Source: Paramicrosporidium saccamoebae KSL3
Lineage: Eukaryota; Fungi; Cryptomycota
Length of the DNA stretch: 32,000 nt
Reading direction: 5' to 3'
NCBI GenBank assembly: GCA_002794465.1
Contig: MTSL01000205.1
Span: 123,753-155,752 of the forward strand
The notes below the pieces were generated by a model. It was not told where the DNA came from, did not search any database, and worked only from the letters and a program-made list of their open reading frames with translations. The stretch's first letter is position 1, and every line of letters begins with the position of its first letter. A program made the position numbers and the translations under genes. Below are positions 1 to 9,652 of this stretch, piece by piece.

Positions 1-1
1 A

Positions 2-397
2 AAGCAAAGCTACTTTCTCCATGGAAACCGTCTTCGCCACATTAGGCTCATGTCGGATGGAGTTTTCCAGTTTGGAACAAAGCCCAATCACTGGAAGCAT
101 GCTAAAGGAATTAAACTGACTGGAAGCATGACGGTAGACTCAAAGGATAACAAATCGAGCTTCCCAGCAGTCGTCAAAGTATGCATGCCGGGAGTTCATC
201 CAATCGTTCTCAGCTTCAGGACCGCCAGACAACGCGATGAGTGGGCGACAGTGCTTAATGATTTTAAAAGACGTCTAAGCGCAACTGCCCCCAATGCGGA
301 CGGAGTTGTCCAGGTGCTAAAATCTAGTGTCTTTGAAGATAATGATGATGAAGCTGCTGGAACGGGACAGGTTAAGGGCGTCGCCTCGGAGAAATAA
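2..397 (+). CDS. 3' end of a PH-domain-like protein (5' partial, frame open to window edge)
   Basis: The frame is open from base 2 (KQSYFLHGNRLRHIRLMSDG...). It has beta-strand-like segments followed by a C-terminal helix motif LSFRTARQRDEWATVL, typical of PH domains. The parent protein cannot be identified. Confidence 0.5.
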   Translation, partial: KQSYFLHGNRLRHIRLMSDGVFQFGTKPNHWKHAKGIKLTGSMTVDSKDNKSSFPAVVKVCMPGVHPIVLSFRTARQRDEWATVLNDFKRRLSATAPNADGVVQVLKSSVFEDNDDEAAGTGQVKGVASEK

Positions 398-621
398 AAC
401 TGTATAGCCCAAATATATCAAGCGGCTCCTGTAAATAAACATCTTGATATTTGCAAGATTTGTGGTAAAGACGCCGCGCGGGTGCTTTTGATACATTAAA
501 TATTAGCTCTCTCACAGATTCATGCAGTGTTTATCTTTGATTGGCTCAAATCATGAAACTCGGAAACAGAGACCAAGGAAGCCCTTTATAGGCGTCCAGC
601 TTACGCTGTCCAGCACAAATC

Positions 622-1549
622 ATGTTGCGCACAAATATTATGGCTGCTTTGGCAGGTTCGGCTATCGCTTTAGGGCGAAATGATCATCTAAACTATGACT
701 GGGGACACTCTTTGTATGCGCCCTATATTTGTACACCGTCCGAGTCTGTACACTAATTCCATAGCGATTGAGGGACGCAACAACAATTGGGACTTTGATG
801 CACTCGTCAGCATGCATGACTTTGTGCAGCTTACACCAGAGATGTCAAACAAGGTCGGATGGGCGTTTTCCAAAAAGGTATGACTCTTCTAGTGTCTCAA
901 CTTGTAGCCATTCGAAGCAGAGAATTGGACTGTTGATTTCTTTTTTCGAATTACTGGAGCGCATCCTGCTGATGGCATGGCCTTTTGGTTTACTGAGGAG
1001 CAGTTTGTTCCTGGAAAAGCCTTTGGATATAAGGAAAATTTCAAAGGGCTTGGCGTCTTTTTCGATGTTTTCAAAAATCAGGCATCTCACTTTCCCCATC
1101 CGTACATTTCCGCCATGGTCGGCGATGGAATCAAAAAATTTGATCATCACACTGACGGGCAGGAATTTAGCATTGGCGGAAGCCACAAACAGATTCTGAA
1201 TACCCAACAGCCAGTGCAAGCACGAATCACCTATGACCGAAATACGCTGGAAGTGATGGTCAAAATTGAAGAGAACAATTGGGAAACTTGCTTCAAGGTT
1301 CCGGACGTGCATCTGCCAAAGACTGGCTATATTGGGTTTACTGCAGCGACAGGCGGTCTGGCTGCGCGACACGAGCTGCTGGCAGTCACCACTGCCGTGA
1401 TCGAAAGAGATCCTGGCCCATATTACACACCAGAGACTGAACACTCTGCATCGATCTCACTTTCAACTCTAACATTGCTTTTTGCAGCATCTGGCCTTGC
1501 CGGAATAGGTTACTACAAATATCAGAATAGGAAGAGACACCATTTCTAA
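622..1549 (+). CDS. L-type (legume-like) lectin cargo receptor, VIP36/ERGIC-53/Emp47 family
   Basis: Spliced model with ATG 622 and introns 731-764 and 878-907. It gives a signal peptide (MLRTNIMAALAGSAIALG), W-D-F..VQLTP..KVGWAFSK, ADGMAFWF, FKGLGVFFD and GYIGFTAATGG motifs, a C-terminal TM helix and a short basic tail. Confidence 0.88.
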
Positions 1550-1838
1550 ATAAAAACCGTCACTACCAGAATCGAAAAATTATCGTTTGCAAGTTTTTAG
1601 TAAAGCGTCGGGAGTCTTGGTTTTGCCTTGTGTACTTTTGCCATTCCTGATCCATAAATATACGCTTCTATAAACTACCCCCACTATAAGCTTTCGTTGC
1701 GTACCCCCCCCCTACCATACGCCTCCATGACATATCCCCCCCGCTGTACTCTCTCACAAATTTAAATAAAATTATCTCCCTTCGAGGATCGTATTTTTAA
1801 GAATAATAGTTTGCAATCTCGTTTCCGTCCCGCCTTTC

Positions 1839-4800
1839 ATGCTTTCCGTGTCGGAAGATGACGACATTTTCTCAGTTGTTCTGGGATTCCACTTTGCAAG
1901 TATTGAGCCGCTACAGGATGGTAGGTTCTACCCCCTAGACTCCTAATATAAAGTCCATGAATGTGTTTTGGGAGCACTGAATAGCCAAGCCTCTTATTTT
2001 ACGTTTTCAACAGTTTCCGACTCGAATTTTCTGTCAGCTGATCATCCACAAATTGATCTAGACTCACTTATCAGCGCTGCGTCTTTTCCACATGAAATGT
2101 AAACCCGTCTGTCTGGCCTGACATTTAGTAATTGGCTATCAGATACCTGTGAATCGCATGAACCCGTCGCTATTTTACCTCGCATGAATACGGCAGAGCC
2201 AATTGTTGGGGGAATGGTAAGTGGTACGCCTTTGACTCCAGAGAGCGAGGATTGGGATAAGAGCTCCGTTCTTAGGGATATGTCTGCGTTGAGGCCAAAG
2301 ATTGTGCTACGAATTGGAAATCGGCCAGATAATTCTGTTGAGGAGAGCGAGACCCAAAGACAGGCTGTCCCCAAAGTGCGCATTAAGGTTAGCAAGAAGC
2401 AACCTGTTGCAGTTAAAGAGATTGCTCCACCTGTTGACAATACGCTCGACATTATCAATGTCCCCCTTGGTGAGGTTGGAGAGCAAGTCATATCCAAATA
2501 TCTGTTGTCTCAACAGCGTCCTGAAATACCATCAAAGCTGTCTGAGAGAATCATGGACTATCTAGAGACTTTCCAGTCAATAGAAACTGTCGGGTTGGCC
2601 GCACTTTGCTTGCTGGGTGGTCGTCTTCAGGACAAAATCAAGGCCAAGCTTGCACCGAGAATTGAATCTGTTTGGGAAGTCTTGAGGTCTAGCATTCCTG
2701 TCAAAGATCAAGTGTGTCTGCTGCGCGTGGGACTGTCTGAACTTGTTGCATTCATTCAAACTGTCAAGGTTGACGAAGCGTGGCTGCTTTCTCTTTCAAC
2801 TTCCTGTGTAAAATCTTTGAACAGCATGAATTTGGATCAAGATATAATAGGCTTGCTTGTTGAGCTGTTAGTTGTATCGTCATCAAAGTCTAACGTTATC
2901 CGTGGACATGTTATTGACGAATCAATGGCTCTGGAAGATGCCAGTCTCGTGCAGTGTCTCGATATTGAAAGATTAAGCCTTCCTTGGTACGTTGCATTCC
3001 TGATTATGGATTTTACTCATCGACTTCAATGCATTCCAAGCGAGGAAGCAAAGCAAAAGCCAAAACTGTCAGCGTTTCTTGCAGCCCTTGACCAGTTCTT
3101 CTCTTCAATTGATAGTCTGACCATCAAAATGCTTGACTGGTTAGAGAAGGTTGCCAAGGGTGCCGTGCAGCTGTCATTACTCCCCTCCTGGCTTCCTACA
3201 GTTATAATTGTCAAGCATATTTACTCGCTTGTGCTAAAGGCACTAATGTCGAAAGATTTAAAGTCTGACATACGACTCCGGCTTCTTGATATTGGAGGTA
3301 CAATCGTGGCGGCATTTAGGAAAGTCGAGACTCTTGGAATTACGGCCAGTGTTCCGCCTTACCAGGCGCTCGCCGCCTTCAGTGACTCTGTGCGCGCAGA
3401 CTTTGTGAATCGCAGAATAGTGTCGGAGAGACTCTGCATGATTTTTGGGATTGGTGATTTCAAGGATCTATTGGACAACATTGAGTACGATGCCCAGCTG
3501 GGGTGCTTCCTAAAGTCTTTCGATGTGGGCCCATCGTCAGATAAATTCCTGGGACTTTTGCTGCAAAGTCTGAATGATCCAGGTCCGCTGATTCGCGCCC
3601 GATCTATTAAAGAGTTTCAGAGAATCATCAAACTCGATGATCCTATTGTCAAGAATGAGCACTTTATTGCTACTATTCAGCGAAGAATTGACGATGCATC
3701 CCCCTCGGTCAGAGAGTCTGCTATCGACTTTATAGTGGCGATCCGACATTCTGATGCCAAAGATGTGATTATATTGGTGCTGGATAAATTTTCAGATTCG
3801 TCTCTTTCAGTCCGGAAGAAAGCTATCAAACTTGCTTCGGATTATCTGATCCAACATCCGGATGATGCAAATTCTGCCGACATTAAGGCAGCCTTGCTTT
3901 GCGAGTGTGTTTCTGATATCAAAGTGTCCGCTGATCTCGCATTTTCAAACACTCTAAGCAACTGGATCTCGCCAATCATCAAGTCTCTAGAGACTGTTAA
4001 AGTCGATGGAAATACTGTAGTTTGGCGCCAGACTCTTGCTCTCTTTACAGCCGACATTGTCAAGACAATACGCAGTCCGCGGTCTGACTTGAATCTTTTC
4101 AAGGCTTTCTTTGCCAAGCTGTCATTCGATCCGATGCATGGTCCATTGTTCGTTGAAGTTTGCGAAGGAATCGTCGATCTGTTATTTGAGACCTTGGTGA
4201 GCTCTATAGAAGAAGGAAGTACTAGTGCTACCAAGTTTATCCTGGCATCCCTAGTTACAATCATTGGAGACCGCGATGTCGGCGTGTCAAAGCACTTTCG
4301 TCTCATTTGCTCTCTAATTCTCTCTGATGATCCTGAGACAGTTGAACATTCCTTGCTTCTAGTGCAAAGATGTCTCCAGGGCGACGACCATCTGATTTAC
4401 AGGCAGGACCCAGAACTGTGTGGAAATTTATTCAAACTTGCATTTCGTGGCTCTGAAGCCATAATTCGAGGGTCGCTGATGTGTCTCTTTGACATTGCCA
4501 AGACCAGTACACAAGTAAAGAGTCAACTGGGAGCCATGTTCAACAAAATGACAAAGTTTATCGCCGCCAAGTCAAAAGTTCAGGATCCCGAAACGGTTCA
4601 TTTGCTATGTCGAGGGGTCTTGGGTGCGTGCCTGATTGCCCGGATGGGCAAAGACCTGGGGTTTTCTTGGCCAATAACAACAAATGCGGCTGTCCATCTC
4701 GTATCCCTTGTGAAGGAGAACCCCAATAGACTGGTAGACGTATTTTGCAACGTCTCCATTGCCGAACTGATTGTTGCAGACCCGCTCTCGTCTTTACAAG

Positions 4801-5993
4801 AGCCCATGCATCAAATGATTATGGATGGATTGGACAATGGGTGCGAATCATCAATATTAGCTCTTCTCAAGGGATTCCATGAAATGTTGAAAAAGGACAA
4901 ACAAGCATCCCATGAATCTAGCTTTGTGGTGGACGCTGAGGCAAAACTGGACTATTCTTCGTCACTGTCAACTGTATATCAAAACTTTTTGGTAAGCATC
5001 AGGAATACTGCCCGCATACCCAATCCCGAGGTTATTGAATCCTGTGGCCTGCTTCTAGCTTCCATGCTCCGCAGAGGCATGTCTCACCCTCATGCTCTAG
5101 TTCCGCATGTTTTGCGATTATGGCAATGTCCTTGGCCCAAGGCTGCTGCTCGCCTGCACGAAGTCTGTATAGAGGTTGTTGACCGATTTGAAGCGTATGT
5201 AAGCTCCTCTCTCTCCCAGGTGGTGAAGCTTTCGTACGAATGGGGCTCCCAAATACAGCCGGACATGAAAGGTTACGTTTTAGACGAAGATAATCTTGCT
5301 CAGTCATATTATTCGCCACTTTATGAAGCTCTAAAGACGAAAACCAAACGATTGGACTTGATATCTGCACTGCTTCGGGAAATGGAGCACCCTGATCCCG
5401 ATTTGAATTACATACAGTTTGTCTCTGAGGCGCTTGCCGAACTCTCATACAAGACAATGGATGAAGTTTCAGTTGTCATCAAAAGGCTCTCGGACATTGT
5501 AGCGTTTGATGATGATCTTCATGACGAAACTCCCAAAATTGTGAGACAACTGATCCTACTTCAGCTGAGACTTCACATGGGACACTGCTACCGCATCACA
5601 GAATTGTATCATCCCTAAAACCTTACTTAATTATGTAGTCAAGCGGAAGCGTTATTGTCGCAAGCAAAACGCGACAGTCCTTGCAGGCGTCTTTCTGTGA
5701 CTCCGATCGTCCTTCAGGAGGTAAAGACTCTGATACACCTGCCAGTAGAGGCATTGAACAAGATGGTAATCCATTGGAAGCATCTCATTTTCTAGATTGA
5801 GCAACTTGTCACCGACTCGAAGGGCGGCGGTATGCAGCAGTCATCAGGCGCCACCACTCTACCAAAAAAGAAGCGAACATTCGAGACAAGGTTGCTTAAT
5901 AGAAGACCCAAATCTTCTATCAAGAAAAGACGCAAGACCACTAACGATAGTATGTGTGTCTCAGATCCTGAAGAATCAGAATTGGAGGATTAA
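1839..5993 (+). CDS. SCC2: Cohesin loader Scc2/NIPBL/Mis4 (HEAT-repeat protein)
   Basis: Main ORF 2184-5618 has HEAT repeats (LNDPGPLIRARSIK, IDDASPSVRESAID, FSDSSLSVRKKAIK) and the C-terminal GMSHPHALVP region. Introns 5606-5638 and 5766-5795 extend it to a basic/acidic tail ending at TAA 5991-5993. An N-terminal extension from ATG 1839 via introns 1921-1953 and 2099-2128 is in frame but less certain. Confidence 0.82.
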
Positions 5994-6137
5994 TGGCTCC
6001 GCTGTAATATAAACCCAAACCCATAAAGTTAGATTAGGCTGTTGTCTATAACTTGGCCAACCAGGGTTGGAAGTTTCAGAATGTCTGTCATTCATTGTGA
6101 ACGCTGTCCATCTATTGAGAAATAGGTATGTTTCGCA

Positions 6138-6206
6138 GTGAGAATGATGAGATTACTGCCGCCCCAGTCTGAACAACACTGTAGATTGGTAGTATCACTG
6201 ACTCGC
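6138..6206 (+). ncRNA. Box C/D snoRNA, snR67/U31(SNORD31)-type guide for the LSU P-loop Gm (E. coli G2251, yeast G2619)
   Basis: Box C ATGATGA 6144-6150, D' CTGA 6169-6172, D CTGA 6198-6201, terminal stem GTGAG/CTCGC. The D' guide TGCCGCCCCAGT is complementary to conserved LSU ACUGGGGCGGCA, and the D+5 rule lands on the second G of CUGGGGC. Confidence 0.85.
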
Positions 6207-6296
6207 TCTCTGGTTCAGTTCCCTTCTCATCTCTCAGACTTGCTCATGTCAGTGTCTGTCGGTGCCATATGCTTATGAGGTATTAAAGGTGCATTG

Positions 6297-6396
6297 CAAG
6301 ACGGGAATGATGACGCTAGCCATAATTCGCAGTTTCCACCATAGAGCTTGCGCTCGATGATGGCCGAATACTTCCTTGGAAGTCTGATCCGTCTTG
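6297..6396 (+). ncRNA. U14: U14 snoRNA (snR128/SNORD14)
   Basis: Box C ATGATGA 6307-6313 and box D CTGA 6384-6387. Terminal stem CAAGACGG/CCGTCTTG, extendable by TGCATT/AATGCA. Domain A ATTCGCAGTTTCCACC and domain B CTTCCTTGGAAGT-CTGA match vertebrate U14 CAUUCGCAGUUUCCACC and CUUCCUUGGAUGUCUGA. Confidence 0.93.
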
Positions 6397-6595
6397 AAAT
6401 GCATTGTGACTTTTTCTCATCTCTAGATTCCTTATTAGGACAAGCCCAAAGCAGACTAGTGTAAATAAATTTGTTAATTGTATATTTGCCCAGTTTTGTC
6501 GATAATTTTCCCATATTTGGGTGGCCGGTTGTTTGGTTAGGGAATAAAGCCTGTAAGGAGATGAATGCAGTCACATCGGATTGCAATCAAGAGCA

Positions 6596-7687
6596 ATGAC
6601 TCCTGAAGATAGCACAACAGCCAGCTACACATTCCAAACAGACAGAAAAGTCGCACTACTCACCGGAATCACTGGACAAGATGGATCCTATCTTACAGAG
6701 TTTCTCTTGGCAAAGGGCTATGAAGTGCATGGCATCATTCGTCGCTCCTCCTCTTTCAACACGGGCCGACTTGAGCATCTGTACGCTGATCCTCACACCA
6801 AGCCCAAAATGTACCTTCACTATGGTGACTTGACCGACTCTTCCTGTCTCGTAAGCATTATCAGCCGAGTGAAGCCTACTGAGGTTTACAACTTGGCTGC
6901 CCAAAGCCACGTAAAAGTCTCCTTTGACATGGCTGAATACACTGGAGATGTCGACGCTTTGGGTACCCTCCGTCTTCTTGATGCCATTCGTACTTGCGGA
7001 ATGTCTGACAAAGTGCGCTTCTACCAAGCGTCAACCAGTGAGCTGTACGGCAAGGTGGTTGAGACTCCTCAGAAAGAGTCCACCCCATTCTATCCCCGCT
7101 CCCCATATGGTGTGGCCAAACTCTATTCTTACTGGATCGTTGTTAACTATCGAGAGGCATACAACATGTACGCCTGCAATGGAATCCTATTCAACCACGA
7201 GTCACCTCGTCGTGGCCGCACCTTTGTTACTCGTAAGATCAGTCGGGCTGTAGCCGAGATCTCCCTCGGCCAGATCCCATGCGTTTACCTTGGAAACTTG
7301 GATTCCCGCCGTGATTGGGGCCATGCTCGTGACTACATTGAGGGAATGTGGCTTATGCTGCAACAAGATAACCCCGACGACTATGTACTCGCCACAAATG
7401 AGTGCCACTCTGTTCGCGAATTTGTCGAAATGGCCTTTGATGTTGTGAATGTAAAGATTACCTGGGAAGGAAAGGACGAGAAGGAAATTGGCAGAGATCA
7501 GGATGGAAATGTGCGAGTTCGTGTTGATCCTGCCTACTATCGTCCAACCGAGGTCGATCTATTGTTGGGAGACTCTACCAAGGCCCGTAAGAAGCTGGGA
7601 TGGATACCAAAGTGCTCGTTCCCTGAACTCGTTCGGGAAATGGTTCTCAGTGATATTGACTCGGCTAAGCGTCGTGACCAGCAATAA
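6596..7687 (+). CDS. GMD: GDP-mannose 4,6-dehydratase
   Basis: [16 protein letters not shown](P)-binding motif, [19 protein letters not shown], catalytic [17 protein letters not shown] and RDWGHA. Intronless; first ATG at 6596. Confidence 0.97.
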   Translation: MTPEDSTTASYTFQTDRKVALLTGITGQDGSYLTEFLLAKGYEVHGIIRRSSSFNTGRLEHLYADPHTKPKMYLHYGDLTDSSCLVSIISRVKPTEVYNLAAQSHVKVSFDMAEYTGDVDALGTLRLLDAIRTCGMSDKVRFYQASTSELYGKVVETPQKESTPFYPRSPYGVAKLYSYWIVVNYREAYNMYACNGILFNHESPRRGRTFVTRKISRAVAEISLGQIPCVYLGNLDSRRDWGHARDYIEGMWLMLQQDNPDDYVLATNECHSVREFVEMAFDVVNVKITWEGKDEKEIGRDQDGNVRVRVDPAYYRPTEVDLLLGDSTKARKKLGWIPKCSFPELVREMVLSDIDSAKRRDQQ

Positions 7688-7822
7688 CCTTGTAATTTTG
7701 TACTTTGATTGTGTTACGTGGTAGTCATAAAAGGAATGATTAAATCTTATACTGTTGTTTAACATTGGCGGGAAATTGTCACTCGGCGGTTGGTCAGGAC
7801 AGGACAGTGGTAGTCATCCTGC

Positions 7823-7857
7823 CTTTCAACTTTCAACTTTCAACTCTCGACTTTCCC
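7823..7857 (+). repeat. Short tandem repeat (CTTTCAA)x3 plus two degenerate copies upstream of NUF2
   Basis: ctttcaa ctttcaa ctttcaa ctctcga ctttccc read directly. Confidence 0.8.
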
Positions 7858-7889
7858 CGGCTTTTTCGGACTAGTCGATTTCAAGCAAA

Positions 7890-9242
7890 ATGTTGGGGGG
7901 ACGGAATAACGGCACCTCAAATATGAGGACAGTGTACTCATTTCCCGAGTTGCGAAATGTTGAAATATTACAGTGCATGGAAGACTTGCGGATCCCGCTG
8001 AGTGAAGCTGAGCTTACAAAGCCTAGCACGGCAATCGTTCAGCGAATTTTTGAATCCTTTGCGGACATTTTCATGGGAATTAGCAAGGAACAGCTCGGAC
8101 AACAGCCGACATTTCAAGTGGTCGAAACTTTAGAACATCCGGACTTGCACCTTGACTCTATAAATCTAGTGGCCTTTTATCGTTTATTGCTGCGGCTGAT
8201 GATTGAAGTTGGAATTGAAGACTTTTCCTTGCGAGACTTGATCAAGCCCGAAACTCCTCGTCTTAGGATAATACTCTCGGCAGTAATCAATTTTGCAAAG
8301 TTCCGAGAGGAGCAATTATCAGTGTTTGAAGAATTTTCACGACGTGGAGAGGAAGCTGTTGAGCAACGGGTGAAGCTATCCAAGCGGCACGAAGAGCTAG
8401 CTGTCAGAATTGCACATGTGAAGGCAAAACATCGAGATGAAGAGCCGGCAACTCTCCAGCTAAAAGACGAAATGGCAAACATGATTCAAATTCTCCGAGA
8501 TTTAAAGAAAGAACAGACCGCCCTTTCTGCCGAATTGGATGCTTACAAGTCTCGTAAAAGCGAGGTTTCAGAAAAAATGGCGCAGACGCAATTCCTGCTG
8601 GGGAATGTGAAGCAGGAATGTAACAAGCTGAAATCGAGAATTGTCCACAGTCCCGAAAAGCTCTTGCAAATTATAGCCGAGATGAATGCCAGCATTAATA
8701 ATGAAAAGACCAACCTTTCACAGCTTGAGAAGCGTTCTCGCGAGCTCCAAATGAAGCTGGAAGCGTTGGCGCATCTTGAGCAAGAGTTGCTGCGTACTCT
8801 ACAAGGAATGGAGTCCTTGAATGGAGACTTGAGAAAGAGGGATGAGTTGCTTTCTAAGGTTCGGGAAGAACGAGATGCAATTGAGCGGCAACAGATTCTG
8901 GCCAAGGACCTCTCCATCAAGGAGACCCAAATAATCCGACAGATGAATGCTGCACAGGATAAGGTTTCTCGCCTGCAGCGATCTCAACAAGAGCGGCGTG
9001 ACAATATGGGCTTGCGATTAAAGACGCTCCAAGAAGAATACCAAGTTGTTGCCGAAGACCGCAGTAGAGCAGCCAGCAAAATTGAACAGAGCGATAAGCT
9101 TGTAAAGGACTTTGAAACTCGAATGGGTGAGCTGCGCCGTAGTCATGAAACAGAAGTGGCATCGATGCGCACCGAATGTGTTGCTCTCAAAGCCCGTGTT
9201 GTTTCATATACTAATGAGATGAAGAAGCATTTAAAGTCTTAA
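7890..9242 (+). CDS. NUF2: Kinetochore NDC80-complex subunit Nuf2
   Basis: N-terminal CH-like domain (YSFPELRNVEILQCM, DFSLRDLIKPE..RLRIILSAVINFAKFRE) followed by a long coiled coil, including SRIVHSPEKL. Confidence 0.93.
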   Translation: MLGGRNNGTSNMRTVYSFPELRNVEILQCMEDLRIPLSEAELTKPSTAIVQRIFESFADIFMGISKEQLGQQPTFQVVETLEHPDLHLDSINLVAFYRLLLRLMIEVGIEDFSLRDLIKPETPRLRIILSAVINFAKFREEQLSVFEEFSRRGEEAVEQRVKLSKRHEELAVRIAHVKAKHRDEEPATLQLKDEMANMIQILRDLKKEQTALSAELDAYKSRKSEVSEKMAQTQFLLGNVKQECNKLKSRIVHSPEKLLQIIAEMNASINNEKTNLSQLEKRSRELQMKLEALAHLEQELLRTLQGMESLNGDLRKRDELLSKVREERDAIERQQILAKDLSIKETQIIRQMNAAQDKVSRLQRSQQERRDNMGLRLKTLQEEYQVVAEDRSRAASKIEQSDKLVKDFETRMGELRRSHETEVASMRTECVALKARVVSYTNEMKKHLKS

Positions 9243-9652
9243 AAGTAGTGAAGTTTGATAAATATTTTACTTGTGTGTGCGTGTAGGGGAGGAGGAGGGA
9301 GGGGGGTTTGAAATAGGGTAGCGGCCTATAAGGCGCCTTGAGAATATATATCGTCGACTTGCGGAGTTAAAGTAAAAGACCCTCTATTCGTATCCTGGTC
9401 TGTAGTTGTACTATCTCATATTGATGAGCGAATTGATTTTATTAAAGTGTATGGCTTCTTTATAAGCAGTCATCCTTAGTACGGCTGGAATGACTCGTGA
9501 GATTGCTATCCGCGTTGGATCTACCAATGATACACGGATGCTGTTTAACGGCCCTTTTGATGAAACCACTCGCTCTCACTCTCTCGCACTAAAGGCCCCT
9601 TTATTCTTGATCAGTATATATGCTATACTCACTCATGACTTGTAATTGTGCT

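Larger units (their letters stand above)
6081..6470 (+). ncRNA. Putative non-coding spliced snoRNA host transcript (3 exons; introns 6126-6237 and 6280-6426); ends approximate
   Basis: Donors GTATGT (6126) and GTATTA (6280), and near-identical acceptors TTCTCATCTCTCAG (6237) and TTCTCATCTCTAG (6426). Each intron holds one C/D snoRNA. The exons encode only a 14-codon ORF ending in TAG just before the first donor. An AT-rich AATAAA-like signal sits near 6463. Confidence 0.65.

Noticed and set aside
1550-1660. Possible U5/Sm-type snRNA on the minus strand (GCTTTAC, AATTTTTCG)
   Set aside because: Loop I is not GCCUUUUAC, there is no flanking stem, and the Sm site is non-canonical.
6511-6520. 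Perfect CArG box CCATATTTGG upstream of GMD, and a near-CArG at about 29806 upstream of actin
   Set aside because: About two CC(A/T)6GG matches are expected by chance in 32 kb, and there is no supporting evidence.
6227-6586. 119-aa minus-strand ORF
   Set aside because: It lies antisense to U14 and the host exons, shows no protein similarity and has a non-ATG start; the + strand ncRNA explains the region.
6596-7687. Horizontal transfer of GMD (intronless)
   Set aside because: Its motifs look eukaryotic (animal/fungal-like), several native genes here are also intronless, and there are no mobile-element traces.
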